This document shows, one piece after another, positions 1-7,794 of a stretch of DNA of 13,628 nucleotides. Under the pieces are notes generated by a model, which saw only the letters and a program-made list of their open reading frames with translations, had not been told where the DNA came from and searched no databases. Source of the stretch: Armatimonadota bacterium. Lineage in GTDB: Bacteria > Armatimonadota > Hebobacteria > CAIYQO01. Position numbers and translations under genes: made by a program. The DNA is taken from the NCBI GenBank assembly GCA_038248345.1, contig JBBRXO010000072.1, positions 1-13,628 on the forward strand, written 5' to 3'. Positions within the stretch are counted from its first letter, which is position 1. Each line of letters starts with the position of its first letter.

Positions 1-691
1 CAGTGTCATAAAAAGCGCCACCGAAGAGGAAATTGGTTGCGGAGACAGTTGTTAATGGAGTAGACCAGTCAAAAATAACTTGACGGGTTCCGATGTAGGT
101 GGTAGGAACTGGTGCGGGGAGTGCATAAATACCAGCGCGAGAATTCCAGGCGTCCAGACTAACAGCGTCGCCTTTATTCATTTCCACGTGGCCATCAAGG
201 GCAGCGCTGATAAAGCTGTTAGCGTGGCGGGTGCCATCAACATGAATAAGACCAAATGCTACATTGGGGATGGTGTCAAAGTTTTCTCCATCAGCAACCA
301 TCCATACACCGGTAGGGTCACCATTGCTGGCATCGCCCAGTGCGACATTGGAGAGCCTACTATTGTAGACATAGCCATTTGCAACGTTTAAGTTCGGGCA
401 TTTGATTACACTATTGGTCACTGCTAAAGCGGCCTGGTTGGAAGTGAGCGCCGAGGTCAGCTTCAACGCCTGCCATACGGTAGCTTTATCCGGTAGGGTC
501 TCGTCGTGCTCCTGGGTGTACATGCTGATGGCGATGGCTAGTTGACGCTGGTTGTTCTGGCACTGTGTCTGCCGGGCTTTTTCACGAGCCTTAGAGAACA
601 CGGGAAAGAGGATGGCGGCTAAAATCGCGATGATCGCGATAACCACCAACAGTTCGATGAGGGTAAACCCTCGACGTAGTGATGAAGACAT
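1..691 (-). CDS. Prepilin-type N-terminal cleavage/methylation protein (DUF1559-like, H-X9-DG motif); 3' end runs off the window
   Basis: Absent from the ORF track because it has no stop in the window. Manual translation from ATG 691: [52 protein letters not shown]...[16 protein letters not shown]..., open for 230 codons to the edge. SD AAGGAGA just upstream. Confidence 0.93.
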   Translation of the reverse strand, partial: MSSSLRRGFTLIELLVVIAIIAILAAILFPVFSKAREKARQTQCQNNQRQLAIAISMYTQEHDETLPDKATVWQALKLTSALTSNQAALAVTNSVIKCPNLNVANGYVYNSRLSNVALGDASNGDPTGVWMVADGENFDTIPNVAFGLIHVDGTRHANSFISAALDGHVEMNKGDAVSLDAWNSRAGIYALPAPVPTTYIGTRQVIFDWSTPLTTVSATNFLFGGAFYDT

Positions 692-774
692 AATCTTCTC
701 CTTTTTTTTCAACTTATTGAATTTTCCGGCAGACCAGCTTAAACATCCGATAAACCGGATAAGTTGTATCTTTA

Positions 775-802
775 ATGATACCAGCTTTTTTCTGGTTGTC
801 AA
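775..802 (-). promoter_or_regulatory. Sigma70-type promoter of the first prepilin gene
   Basis: Minus strand reads TTGACA-N16-TATCAT with TGG immediately before the -10 (extended -10), about 85 nt upstream of ATG 691. Confidence 0.65.
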
Positions 803-917
803 TAGCAAAAACGAATTTTAACGTTAAATTTATCACTAACTCACCAGCGATTCAATTTTTACCGCATTTCCATGTTCGGATATACCCTCTGATTGATACT
901 TGCAAACACAGTTTTTG

Positions 918-990
918 CTGGGATTGAAATCCCGGCTGCAGGGCGCGGAATACGAGATTACAACAGCGCGCCACGGCGGGCGCGGGCTAC
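918..990 (-). repeat. Two REP-like hairpins upstream of uvrB
   Basis: GCTGGGATTGAAATCCCGGC hairpin (918-937), and 967-990 whose reverse complement GTAGCCCGCGCCCGCCGTGGCGCG is a GTAG-headed hairpin repeated identically at 9281-9304. Confidence 0.7.
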
Positions 991-1027
991 GGAACGACAA
1001 AAATCAAACATAAATTCCCCCTCCTCG

Positions 1028-1036
1028 TGGTATAAT
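1028..1036 (+). promoter_or_regulatory. Extended -10 promoter of uvrB (TGGTATAAT)
   Basis: Perfect TGnTATAAT ending 8 nt before ATG 1045, with no Shine-Dalgarno in between. Confidence 0.65.
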
Positions 1037-1044
1037 AAATCGTT

Positions 1045-3120
1045 ATGGCAAAGCAGTTCAGGATTCAGAATACTTTTGTGCCTACCGGGGATCAGCCGGA
1101 GGCTATTGTGGCGTTGGTGGAGGGGTTGCGGAAGGGTTATCCGGTGCAGACGTTGCTGGGCGTCACCGGGTCGGGCAAGACCTTCACTATCGCCAATGTC
1201 ATTGAGAAGATTCAGCGCCCCACGCTGGTGATCGCCCCGAATAAGACGCTGGCGGCGCAGCTGTGTGAGGAGTTTCGTGCCATCTTCCCCGATAACGCGG
1301 TGGAATATTTCGTCTCCTACTACGATTACTACCAGCCCGAAGCCTATATCCCCTCCAGCGACACCTATATCGAGAAGGACTCCGCCATAAATGAAGAGAT
1401 CGACCGGCTGCGCCACAGCGCTACCCAGGCGGTGCTGGAGCGGCGCGATGTGATCGTGGTGGCCTCCGTCTCCTGCCTCTACGGGTTGGGCGCGCCGGAA
1501 GATTACCTGAAGATGACGATCAAGCTAAGCACGGGACAGAGTGTCACACGCAACGAGCTGCTGCATCAACTGGTAGACCTGCAGTTCAAGCGCAATGATA
1601 TCTCGCTGGAACGCGGGACTTTCCGTGTGCGCGGCGACGTGCTGGAGATTCACGCGGTGGACACCAAGCAGGTGACGCGGGTGGAGATGTTCGGCGACAC
1701 CATCGAGCGTATTTGCATCGTCGACCCACTCACCGGTGAGGTGCTGGATAACCCGGAACAGGCGGATATCTTCCCCGCCACGCACTACGTCTCGCTCCCG
1801 GAGAAGGTCGATGGCGTCATCGCCGCCATCGAGGCGGAGCTGGAGGTGCAACATGAGTATTTCCTCAAGCGCAACCAACTGCTGGAGGCGCAGCGCATTA
1901 TGCAGCGCACCCGCTATGACCTGGAGATGATCCGCGAAATCGGCTACTGCAATGGCATCGAGAACTACTCGCGCCACTTCGACGGGCGCAAGCCGGGGCA
2001 GCGCCCCTATACGCTACTGGATTATTTCCCCAAGGATTTCCTCTGCGTCATCGACGAGTCGCACCAGGCGGTGCCGCAACTGCACGGCATGTACGCCGGC
2101 GACCGCTCGCGCAAGAATTCGCTGGTGGAGTTCGGCTTCCGCCTCCCCTGCGCCTACGACAATCGCCCACTCACCTTCGAGGAGTTTGAGACCAGTATCC
2201 CGCAGTTGATCTTCACCAGCGCCACGCCGGGGAAATATGAGCGCGAACACAGTGGGCAAGTGGTAGAGCAGATCGTGCGCCCCACCGGGCTGATCGACCC
2301 GCAGATAATCGTGCGCCCAGCGAAGGGGCAGGTGGATGACCTGATCGGCGAGATCAAAAAGCGCGTGGAACTCAACGAGCGCACGCTGGTGACCACGCTG
2401 ACGAAGAAGATGTCGGAAGACCTGACCAACTACCTCATCGAGCTGGAGATCAAGTGCCACTACATGCACAGCGATCTGCAGACCTTCACTCGTTCGGAGA
2501 TCCTACGTGACTTGCGCCTGGGCACCTACGACGTGCTGGTGGGGATCAACCTGCTGCGCGAGGGGCTGGACTTGCCCGAGGTTACACTGGTGGCCATCCT
2601 GGATGCCGACAAAGAGGGGCTTTTCCGCAATGAGACCTCGCTGGTGCAGACGATAGGCCGTGCCGCACGTAACGTGGACGGCGTGGTGATCATGTACGCC
2701 GATAAACTCACGCCATCAATGGATAGGGCCATCAGCGAGACTAACCGCCGCCGTGCGGTGCAGGTGCAGTATAACACCGACCACAACATCACCCCGATGA
2801 CCATTGTGAAGGATATCCGCGACCTGCTAGGAGCGGGCAAAGTGGCCGAGGAGGAGGCGATATACAGTACCGCCGCCGAGCCGGGGGTGAGCGCCGAAGA
2901 CCAGCTCGCCAAGCTGGAGCAGAAGATGCTCACCGCCGCCAAAGCGATGAAGTTCGAGGAAGCCGCCGTGCTGCGCGACCAGATGATCCTGCTGCAGGGC
3001 AAAACCCCCAACCCCGGCGCACAAACGCCGAAGAAATATATGACCGCCAAACAGCTGCACCGCGAAGATGCAGCGAAGCACGGACGCGGGAAGATACGGA
3101 AGATGAAGGGGAAGGCGTAG
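1045..3120 (+). CDS. uvrB: Excinuclease ABC subunit B
   Basis: PTGDQP, Walker [17 protein letters not shown], beta-hairpin [43 protein letters not shown]-terminal UVR domain (FEEAAVLRD); 691 aa. Confidence 0.99.
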   Translation: MAKQFRIQNTFVPTGDQPEAIVALVEGLRKGYPVQTLLGVTGSGKTFTIANVIEKIQRPTLVIAPNKTLAAQLCEEFRAIFPDNAVEYFVSYYDYYQPEAYIPSSDTYIEKDSAINEEIDRLRHSATQAVLERRDVIVVASVSCLYGLGAPEDYLKMTIKLSTGQSVTRNELLHQLVDLQFKRNDISLERGTFRVRGDVLEIHAVDTKQVTRVEMFGDTIERICIVDPLTGEVLDNPEQADIFPATHYVSLPEKVDGVIAAIEAELEVQHEYFLKRNQLLEAQRIMQRTRYDLEMIREIGYCNGIENYSRHFDGRKPGQRPYTLLDYFPKDFLCVIDESHQAVPQLHGMYAGDRSRKNSLVEFGFRLPCAYDNRPLTFEEFETSIPQLIFTSATPGKYEREHSGQVVEQIVRPTGLIDPQIIVRPAKGQVDDLIGEIKKRVELNERTLVTTLTKKMSEDLTNYLIELEIKCHYMHSDLQTFTRSEILRDLRLGTYDVLVGINLLREGLDLPEVTLVAILDADKEGLFRNETSLVQTIGRAARNVDGVVIMYADKLTPSMDRAISETNRRRAVQVQYNTDHNITPMTIVKDIRDLLGAGKVAEEEAIYSTAAEPGVSAEDQLAKLEQKMLTAAKAMKFEEAAVLRDQMILLQGKTPNPGAQTPKKYMTAKQLHREDAAKHGRGKIRKMKGKA

Positions 3121-3122
3121 GA

Positions 3123-3178
3123 AGTCACGAGCCACGAGTCGCTAGTGACTAGTCACGAGTCACTAGTCACTAGTCATA
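3123..3178. repeat. Heptamer tandem repeat, 8 units (consensus AGTCACK)
   Basis: agtcacg-agccacg-agtcgct-agtgact-agtcacg-agtcact-agtcact-agtcata immediately after the uvrB stop. Confidence 0.9.
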
Positions 3179-3200
3179 GCGTGGTATCACAAATGTTTCA

Positions 3201-3380
3201 CCACGAAGTGGTGGCGGATTTTAGCCCGGTGCGCAAGCGCCGGGAAGGAAACGTATTAGGATTCCCACCCTGAAAGGGTGGTGGATAGCTGATTCCGCCA
3301 CTCCTTCGGGGTGATATACAAAATCTCGCTGTCATTCCTGGGGCTTGCGCCCCAGGCTAAAATCCACCACCCCTTCGGGG
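3201..3380. repeat. Composite palindromic REP/REPIN-like element
   Basis: 46-bp inverted arms 3201-3246 and 3335-3380 (39/46 match), plus an inner inverted pair 3266-3286 / 3293-3313. Each arm holds small hairpins (CCCCGAAGGGG type; TAGCCYGGKGCGCAAGCSCCRGG type). Confidence 0.85.
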
Positions 3381-3389
3381 CAGATATTC

Positions 3390-3410
3390 GCCACGTGCTT
3401 TAGGGCGTGG
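3390..3410. repeat. REP-like hairpin GCCACGTGCTTTAGGGCGTGG
   Basis: 20/21 identical to 9350-9370; abuts the stop of the isomerase gene. Confidence 0.75.
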
Positions 3411-3411
3411 G

Positions 3412-4140
3412 CTATATTTTTCGTAATTCCGCTACACATGCCTGCACGCTGGGGATGGGATTGCTTTCGTCACCTTCGTACTCCAGGGTGGCATAGCCGT
3501 TGAAATTGATCTCCTTCAATGTGCTAAAGAGGGCGGGAAGGTCCAGGTTGCCGGTGCCGACGATGACATCCTCTGACGAACCATCACGTTTGAAGGTAAA
3601 GTCCTTGATGTGGACGCCATAGAGGCGATCGGCGAAGTGGCGGGCAATCATTACTGGATTCTCGCCGGAGTCGAGCATCCAGGCGGTGTCAAGGCAAAGG
3701 CCGATGTGCGGAGAGGTGCGGGCAAATACCGCCTCCAAGTCGCGCACGGCGCCATAGCGGTGATGGCGGCCATGATTATGGATGGCGATATTAACGCCGT
3801 ACTCTGCGCATAATCCCTCCACTAAATCAAAGGCATCAGGATCCGGGTCAGCAGAGATTGCGCCAAATCCGGCTTGGTGGGCGAACTCAAATACCGGACG
3901 ACACGCTGCCTCATCATTGGGCATCCCCGTCACACCGAAGGCGGTGACGGTGACGCCGCCCTCGCGATAGCGCGCCAGCGCCATCGCCACTGCCGTGGCA
4001 TCATTAATGTCCAGGTGAACTCCGCATAATTCGACAGCGTCCAACCCGCTCGATAACACCGCTGAGATAACCTCGTCAGTAGTATGGTACGTGCGAAAAC
4101 ACCAGCTTTGCACACCGATACGTAATTGATTAACTAACAT
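3412..4140 (-). CDS. Sugar phosphate isomerase/epimerase family protein (xylose isomerase-like/AP endonuclease 2 TIM barrel)
   Basis: Motifs GLDAVEL, AIHNHG, GLCLDTAW, VHIKD, VGTGNLD, FNGYATLEYE; SD AAGGAG upstream; 242 aa. Confidence 0.9.
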   Translation of the reverse strand: MLVNQLRIGVQSWCFRTYHTTDEVISAVLSSGLDAVELCGVHLDINDATAVAMALARYREGGVTVTAFGVTGMPNDEAACRPVFEFAHQAGFGAISADPDPDAFDLVEGLCAEYGVNIAIHNHGRHHRYGAVRDLEAVFARTSPHIGLCLDTAWMLDSGENPVMIARHFADRLYGVHIKDFTFKRDGSSEDVIVGTGNLDLPALFSTLKEINFNGYATLEYEGDESNPIPSVQACVAELRKI

Positions 4141-4247
4141 AGAACACTCCTTAAAAAAAACCTTTAAATGGGTTGTTCAACAGGAGTACCGAATAATCCT
4201 GCCGCCCAATAACAAGTTATAACTCACCGGTAATAAAGGTTTCGCTA

Positions 4248-4276
4248 TTGACGAATCGAGGGTACTGTATTAATAT
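4248..4276 (+). promoter_or_regulatory. Possible sigma70 promoter for the pilin-FGE gene
   Basis: TTGACG-N17-TAATAT in an AT-rich divergent intergenic region. The GCTATTGAC context matches the promoter of the paralog at 797-805. Confidence 0.45.
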
Positions 4277-4545
4277 TAATTTGTTGGGGAATAACTGGGT
4301 GGTTATTAAGGTGTTGAAGCAGAATAGCGCTCTCTCTTCATTGCTGGTGGTACTATTAATGGTAGCAACGATGGTGAATATTTCTGCCGATATCAATAAT
4401 TTATATCGTCATAATGTCATGTTGTGATAGTAAGGGGTTTCACGCTCATTTATTTAACTGTGGTAAATAATCACTGGATGGGGTTTTACCAGGCAGTTAG
4501 CGCTGTTAATAGTGATTATTTTTATTTCAGAAATGAGGTCGTCAG

Positions 4546-6138
4546 ATGTCCAGAAAAGGTTTTACTCTAATTGAGGTGCTGGTCGTTATTGCCATCATAG
4601 CGATTTTGGCCGCCATCCTCTTCCCCGTCTTCTCAAGAGCGCGGGGAGCAGCCCGGCAAACGCAATGTGTCAACAATCAGCGGCAGATAGCACTAGCAAT
4701 TATCATGAATACCCAGGAACATAATGAAAGACTGCCGGAAGCTACTACCATCTGGTCATCGTTGAAGTTGACCTCCGCGTTACAGTCCAATACCGCTTTG
4801 TTGGCGGCCACGGCAAGTGTGATGCGTTGTCCCAACAAAACTGACCTGGCGAATGGGTACGTCTACAATGGCGCCCTCTCGGACAAAGCTCTCGGCCTGC
4901 AGAATAACTTAAATCCGTCGACCGTATGGTTGACGGCAGACGGGCAACATATCAATGCTGGCACTACCATGCCCAACGTCGCTTTCTCGCAGGATGACAT
5001 TGATAATAAACGTCACGGTGACAATTACGTCTATGCCGCTCTCGACGGTCATGTTGATACAATTAAAAGCGCAAATGTAACAGCGTGGAATTTCGAAGCT
5101 GGGATAGCAAAAGTAGCGGAAAATACCGCCGCGGCTAACCTCTTCCCCGATACACCGACGACAGTGTCCTACGGAACGCCTTATACATTCGTCAGCGATC
5201 AGGGCAATGGCCCTACCACAATAACCGGCGGGGCTGTTACTCCCAATGACTACGTTATTACTACTGACGGACTGAGCACAACCATAGTTTTTAACAAATT
5301 GGACGGCCCCTATACCATCACTAACGGTACAAATTCTGTAGTGGTGACCATGGTGCCCAACAACACAGTTGTCCAGAGCGATAATGCGGAAATGATCTGG
5401 ATCCCCGGCGATTCATTCACCATGGGGACGAATATCAGCCCGTGTTGGGATTCCCCTTTCACACAACAGGTTACTCTCACCGGCTATTGGATATATAAAT
5501 TTGATGTCACCGTGGCGCAGTACAAGGTATTCTGTACTGCCACTGGCCGCAATATGCCGGTGTGGCCCGGTGAGGAGTACAGCTGGGCGGGCAAAACTAA
5601 CTGGGATAACCCGGCGCTGCAGCAAGACCCAATCGTCAACGTCAGCTGGTTTAATGCCAAAGCCTATGCAGATTGGGCAGGGGTAAAACTGCCGACAGAG
5701 GCACAATGGGAATATGCTGCGAGCGGTAGACTGGAAAAAAATTATCCCTGGGGCGGCCAGGCAAACGATATTGACCCCTACGACGGCTGGGATGACACAA
5801 AGTGTGCTAACTATTTCAATTCCCTTTCAATGGGGATAAGTACCTGGCCAGTAGGCAGCTTCCCCACAGGAGCGAGCTGGTGTGGGGCGCAGGATATGGC
5901 AGGCAACGTCTGGCAATGGTGTGCAGACTGGTACGGTAGCAATTACTCCGCCGCCCCGGTCAGCAATCCTACCGGGCCTGCAACAGGCAATGGACACGTA
6001 CAACGGGGCGGTTCATGGATCAACGGCTCCTTCGCCTACAACGATTGTCACCGTAGCTCATATCGCAACGAAGTAAAACCGGATGAAATCAGGAGCGACG
6101 CCGGATTCCGCTGCGTATCCCTGGCACCTGGACCGTGA
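4546..6138 (+). CDS. Prepilin-type (DUF1559-like, H-X9-DG) protein fused to a C-terminal formylglycine-generating enzyme/SUMF1-family (CLec-fold) domain
   Basis: N-terminus [41 protein letters not shown]; Thr-rich beta linker; FGE motifs [65 protein letters not shown]. Confidence 0.93.
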   Translation: MSRKGFTLIEVLVVIAIIAILAAILFPVFSRARGAARQTQCVNNQRQIALAIIMNTQEHNERLPEATTIWSSLKLTSALQSNTALLAATASVMRCPNKTDLANGYVYNGALSDKALGLQNNLNPSTVWLTADGQHINAGTTMPNVAFSQDDIDNKRHGDNYVYAALDGHVDTIKSANVTAWNFEAGIAKVAENTAAANLFPDTPTTVSYGTPYTFVSDQGNGPTTITGGAVTPNDYVITTDGLSTTIVFNKLDGPYTITNGTNSVVVTMVPNNTVVQSDNAEMIWIPGDSFTMGTNISPCWDSPFTQQVTLTGYWIYKFDVTVAQYKVFCTATGRNMPVWPGEEYSWAGKTNWDNPALQQDPIVNVSWFNAKAYADWAGVKLPTEAQWEYAASGRLEKNYPWGGQANDIDPYDGWDDTKCANYFNSLSMGISTWPVGSFPTGASWCGAQDMAGNVWQWCADWYGSNYSAAPVSNPTGPATGNGHVQRGGSWINGSFAYNDCHRSSYRNEVKPDEIRSDAGFRCVSLAPGP

Positions 6139-6166
6139 AAACGTATTTATTTGTTTCTAGTGAAAG

Positions 6167-6202
6167 GGATTGCTATTGTCGATATTCAGGCTATAGCAAT
6201 CC
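6167..6202. terminator. Stem-loop between convergent genes (possible bidirectional terminator)
   Basis: GGATTGCTAT (6167-6176) pairs perfectly with ATAGCAATCC (6193-6202). No strong U tract. Confidence 0.45.
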
Positions 6203-6218
6203 ATCCTAATCATTTTCA

Positions 6219-6932
6219 CTATGCAAAGACTAATGGTTTCTCATCCCATGTTTGTCCATTTAGCAGTCGCCCTGCCTTTTTCTTTTGTACGCCGCCCCAT
6301 TGTTTGAAGAAAAATGGGACACCTGCACTCTCACACTGTAGCTTAATCTCTATAACCCATTCTTCTTTCATGGGTCGTGCTCCGGGGCCAGATTCGCCTC
6401 CGACTATGACCCAGTCAATGCCCGCCAAGTTTAATTCTCCTAAAGGGCCGAGTAATGGCTCAAGCGAGAGAAATTTAACCTTAGCACCGCACTCACGCAG
6501 GTGGTCAATTCGGTGTATATAGTCAGCGGACTCTACCGTGACGCCCATCCATATATTTTCCACCCAGGGCAGATTTTTTGATTCAGTTGCCAGGCGTTCC
6601 GCACGCTTGGTTAGGAGTTGAAAGTGGTGCCAATGCGCACTATTCATCACGCGGAACATTTCCTGAATGAAGGTAAGCGGCACGTCGACATGAAAGATAT
6701 CACTCATAGAATTTACGAAGATATTCTGTGGTTTTTTCCACTGTAATGGTAAAGACAATGACTGCGGGTGGCAGGCCAGCTTAAAACCATCCACATAATT
6801 CGCCTGCCCCATCGCTTGCAGTCGCAATGCCATACGCTCTGCATAACAATGCGAGCACCCCAAACTAATCTTCGTACACCCGGTAATTGGATTCCAGGTT
6901 GATTCTGTCCATTCTATTGCGCTACTGGCCAT
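6219..6932 (-). CDS. DUF5131 / phage Gp37-Gp68 family protein (three-Cys motif, radical-SAM-like)
   Basis: IEWTESTWNPITGCTKISLGCSHCYAE (Cx6Cx2C), IFVNSMSDIFH, FQLLTKR, NIWMGVTVE, FLSLEPLLG, WVIVGGESG, PFFFKQWGG. Start reassigned to ATG 6932 (SD GAGGAG), 237 aa. Confidence 0.93.
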   Translation of the reverse strand: MASSAIEWTESTWNPITGCTKISLGCSHCYAERMALRLQAMGQANYVDGFKLACHPQSLSLPLQWKKPQNIFVNSMSDIFHVDVPLTFIQEMFRVMNSAHWHHFQLLTKRAERLATESKNLPWVENIWMGVTVESADYIHRIDHLRECGAKVKFLSLEPLLGPLGELNLAGIDWVIVGGESGPGARPMKEEWVIEIKLQCESAGVPFFFKQWGGVQKKKAGRLLNGQTWDEKPLVFA

Positions 6933-6933
6933 G

Positions 6934-7699
6934 TTATTCTCCTCGGTAGACGAAAAACGCTTTGGGAATAGTGGTTTTGTATTCGTTCCAGCTAATGTAA
7001 GTAAAGCGGATAGACTTATGCTCGGGGTTTTCAATTATAAGCACGTTATCTAATCGTAGCTGTTTGATTATTGCATTTATATGTTTTGGTAAAAAACCAT
7101 GTTCCAAGCAAAATGGAAAGAGATCAATATTGTTACGGCGCTGTTTTAGAAATTGAATTAACGCACTTTTAAAACGATCTAATTTCCGGGGAACATTTTC
7201 TTCACTATTAAGTGATAGTTGCCCAGCATATAGGAAGTCGTCATCTTCAATCGGGTAATTAGCCTCACCAGCGATAATGTCCTGCTTCCAGCATATCTCT
7301 AAAAACTTGAATAATCCTAAAAGGTTACTGCTCCCAAAGATTATCCCATATATATTCCCACTATGCTTTTTGATGGAAAATGAAACGATATAATATTCTT
7401 TGTTTATAGTTTTATATATGGTTATCATTAAAATAGATATTTACAGATACCCCTGATGCTTTACAACGGTTATCATTATTCAGATACTTACTAACCTCAT
7501 CTTTAATAATAATTGGAGATCCAGGCCTGCCATCTAAATCGCCACCTGGTCCTGCGAAAAAGTCGTAGATACACACTCTCGGCTTTATAAACCTTGACAG
7601 AAATACCGGCAACCATTGACTAATATAACCACGAAATATGGCCAGTTTTAACAGAGTCCCTGTATCAAATTGCTTCTTATGAAATCCTTTGGAGACCAT
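6934..7699 (-). pseudogene. tcmP: Three-Cys-motif partner protein (TcmP family), split by a frameshift and probably internally deleted
   Basis: 5' piece 7412-7699 has TLLKLAIFRGYISQWLPVF...IYDFFAGPG...GSPII...YFND then stops. 3' piece 6934-7428, in another frame, has FSIKK..NIYGIIFGS...KFLEICWKQD..GEANY. It lies directly upstream of DUF5131, the usual partner, and is very AT-rich. Confidence 0.78.
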
Positions 7700-7737
7700 A
7701 CCAGATACCGCCTATATAAATGTATTCCAATACGACA

Positions 7738-7765
7738 ATTGTACCATAAGATTCGCTTTCTGCAA
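7738..7765 (-). promoter_or_regulatory. Promoter of the tcmP-DUF5131 cassette
   Basis: Minus strand TTGCAG-N16-TACAAT with TGG extended -10, about 40 nt upstream of ATG 7699. Confidence 0.55.
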
Positions 7766-7794
7766 ACATATGATTGGAGATATTCCCGCAAATC

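Noticed and set aside
80..821. Plus-strand ORFs 80-391 and 552-821
   Set aside because: Antisense to the real prepilin gene on the minus strand.
893..3135. Numerous overlapping or antisense ORFs on uvrB (893-1231, 958-1416, 1525-1977, 2014-2469, 2526-3128 etc.)
   Set aside because: Shadow ORFs typical of high-GC coding DNA; no motifs or RBS.
3123..3410. CRISPR array
   Set aside because: Repeats are tandem heptamers or inverted pairs without unique regular spacers; no cas genes.
4546..6218. Complete DGR locus
   Set aside because: No reverse transcriptase, Avd or template repeat found in the window; only a target-like signature is reported.
6933..7034. Longer DUF5131 start at 7034, and SDR start at 13491
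   Set aside because: The extensions overlap tcmP or non-coding AT-rich DNA. Family motifs and SDs point to 6932 and about 13332.
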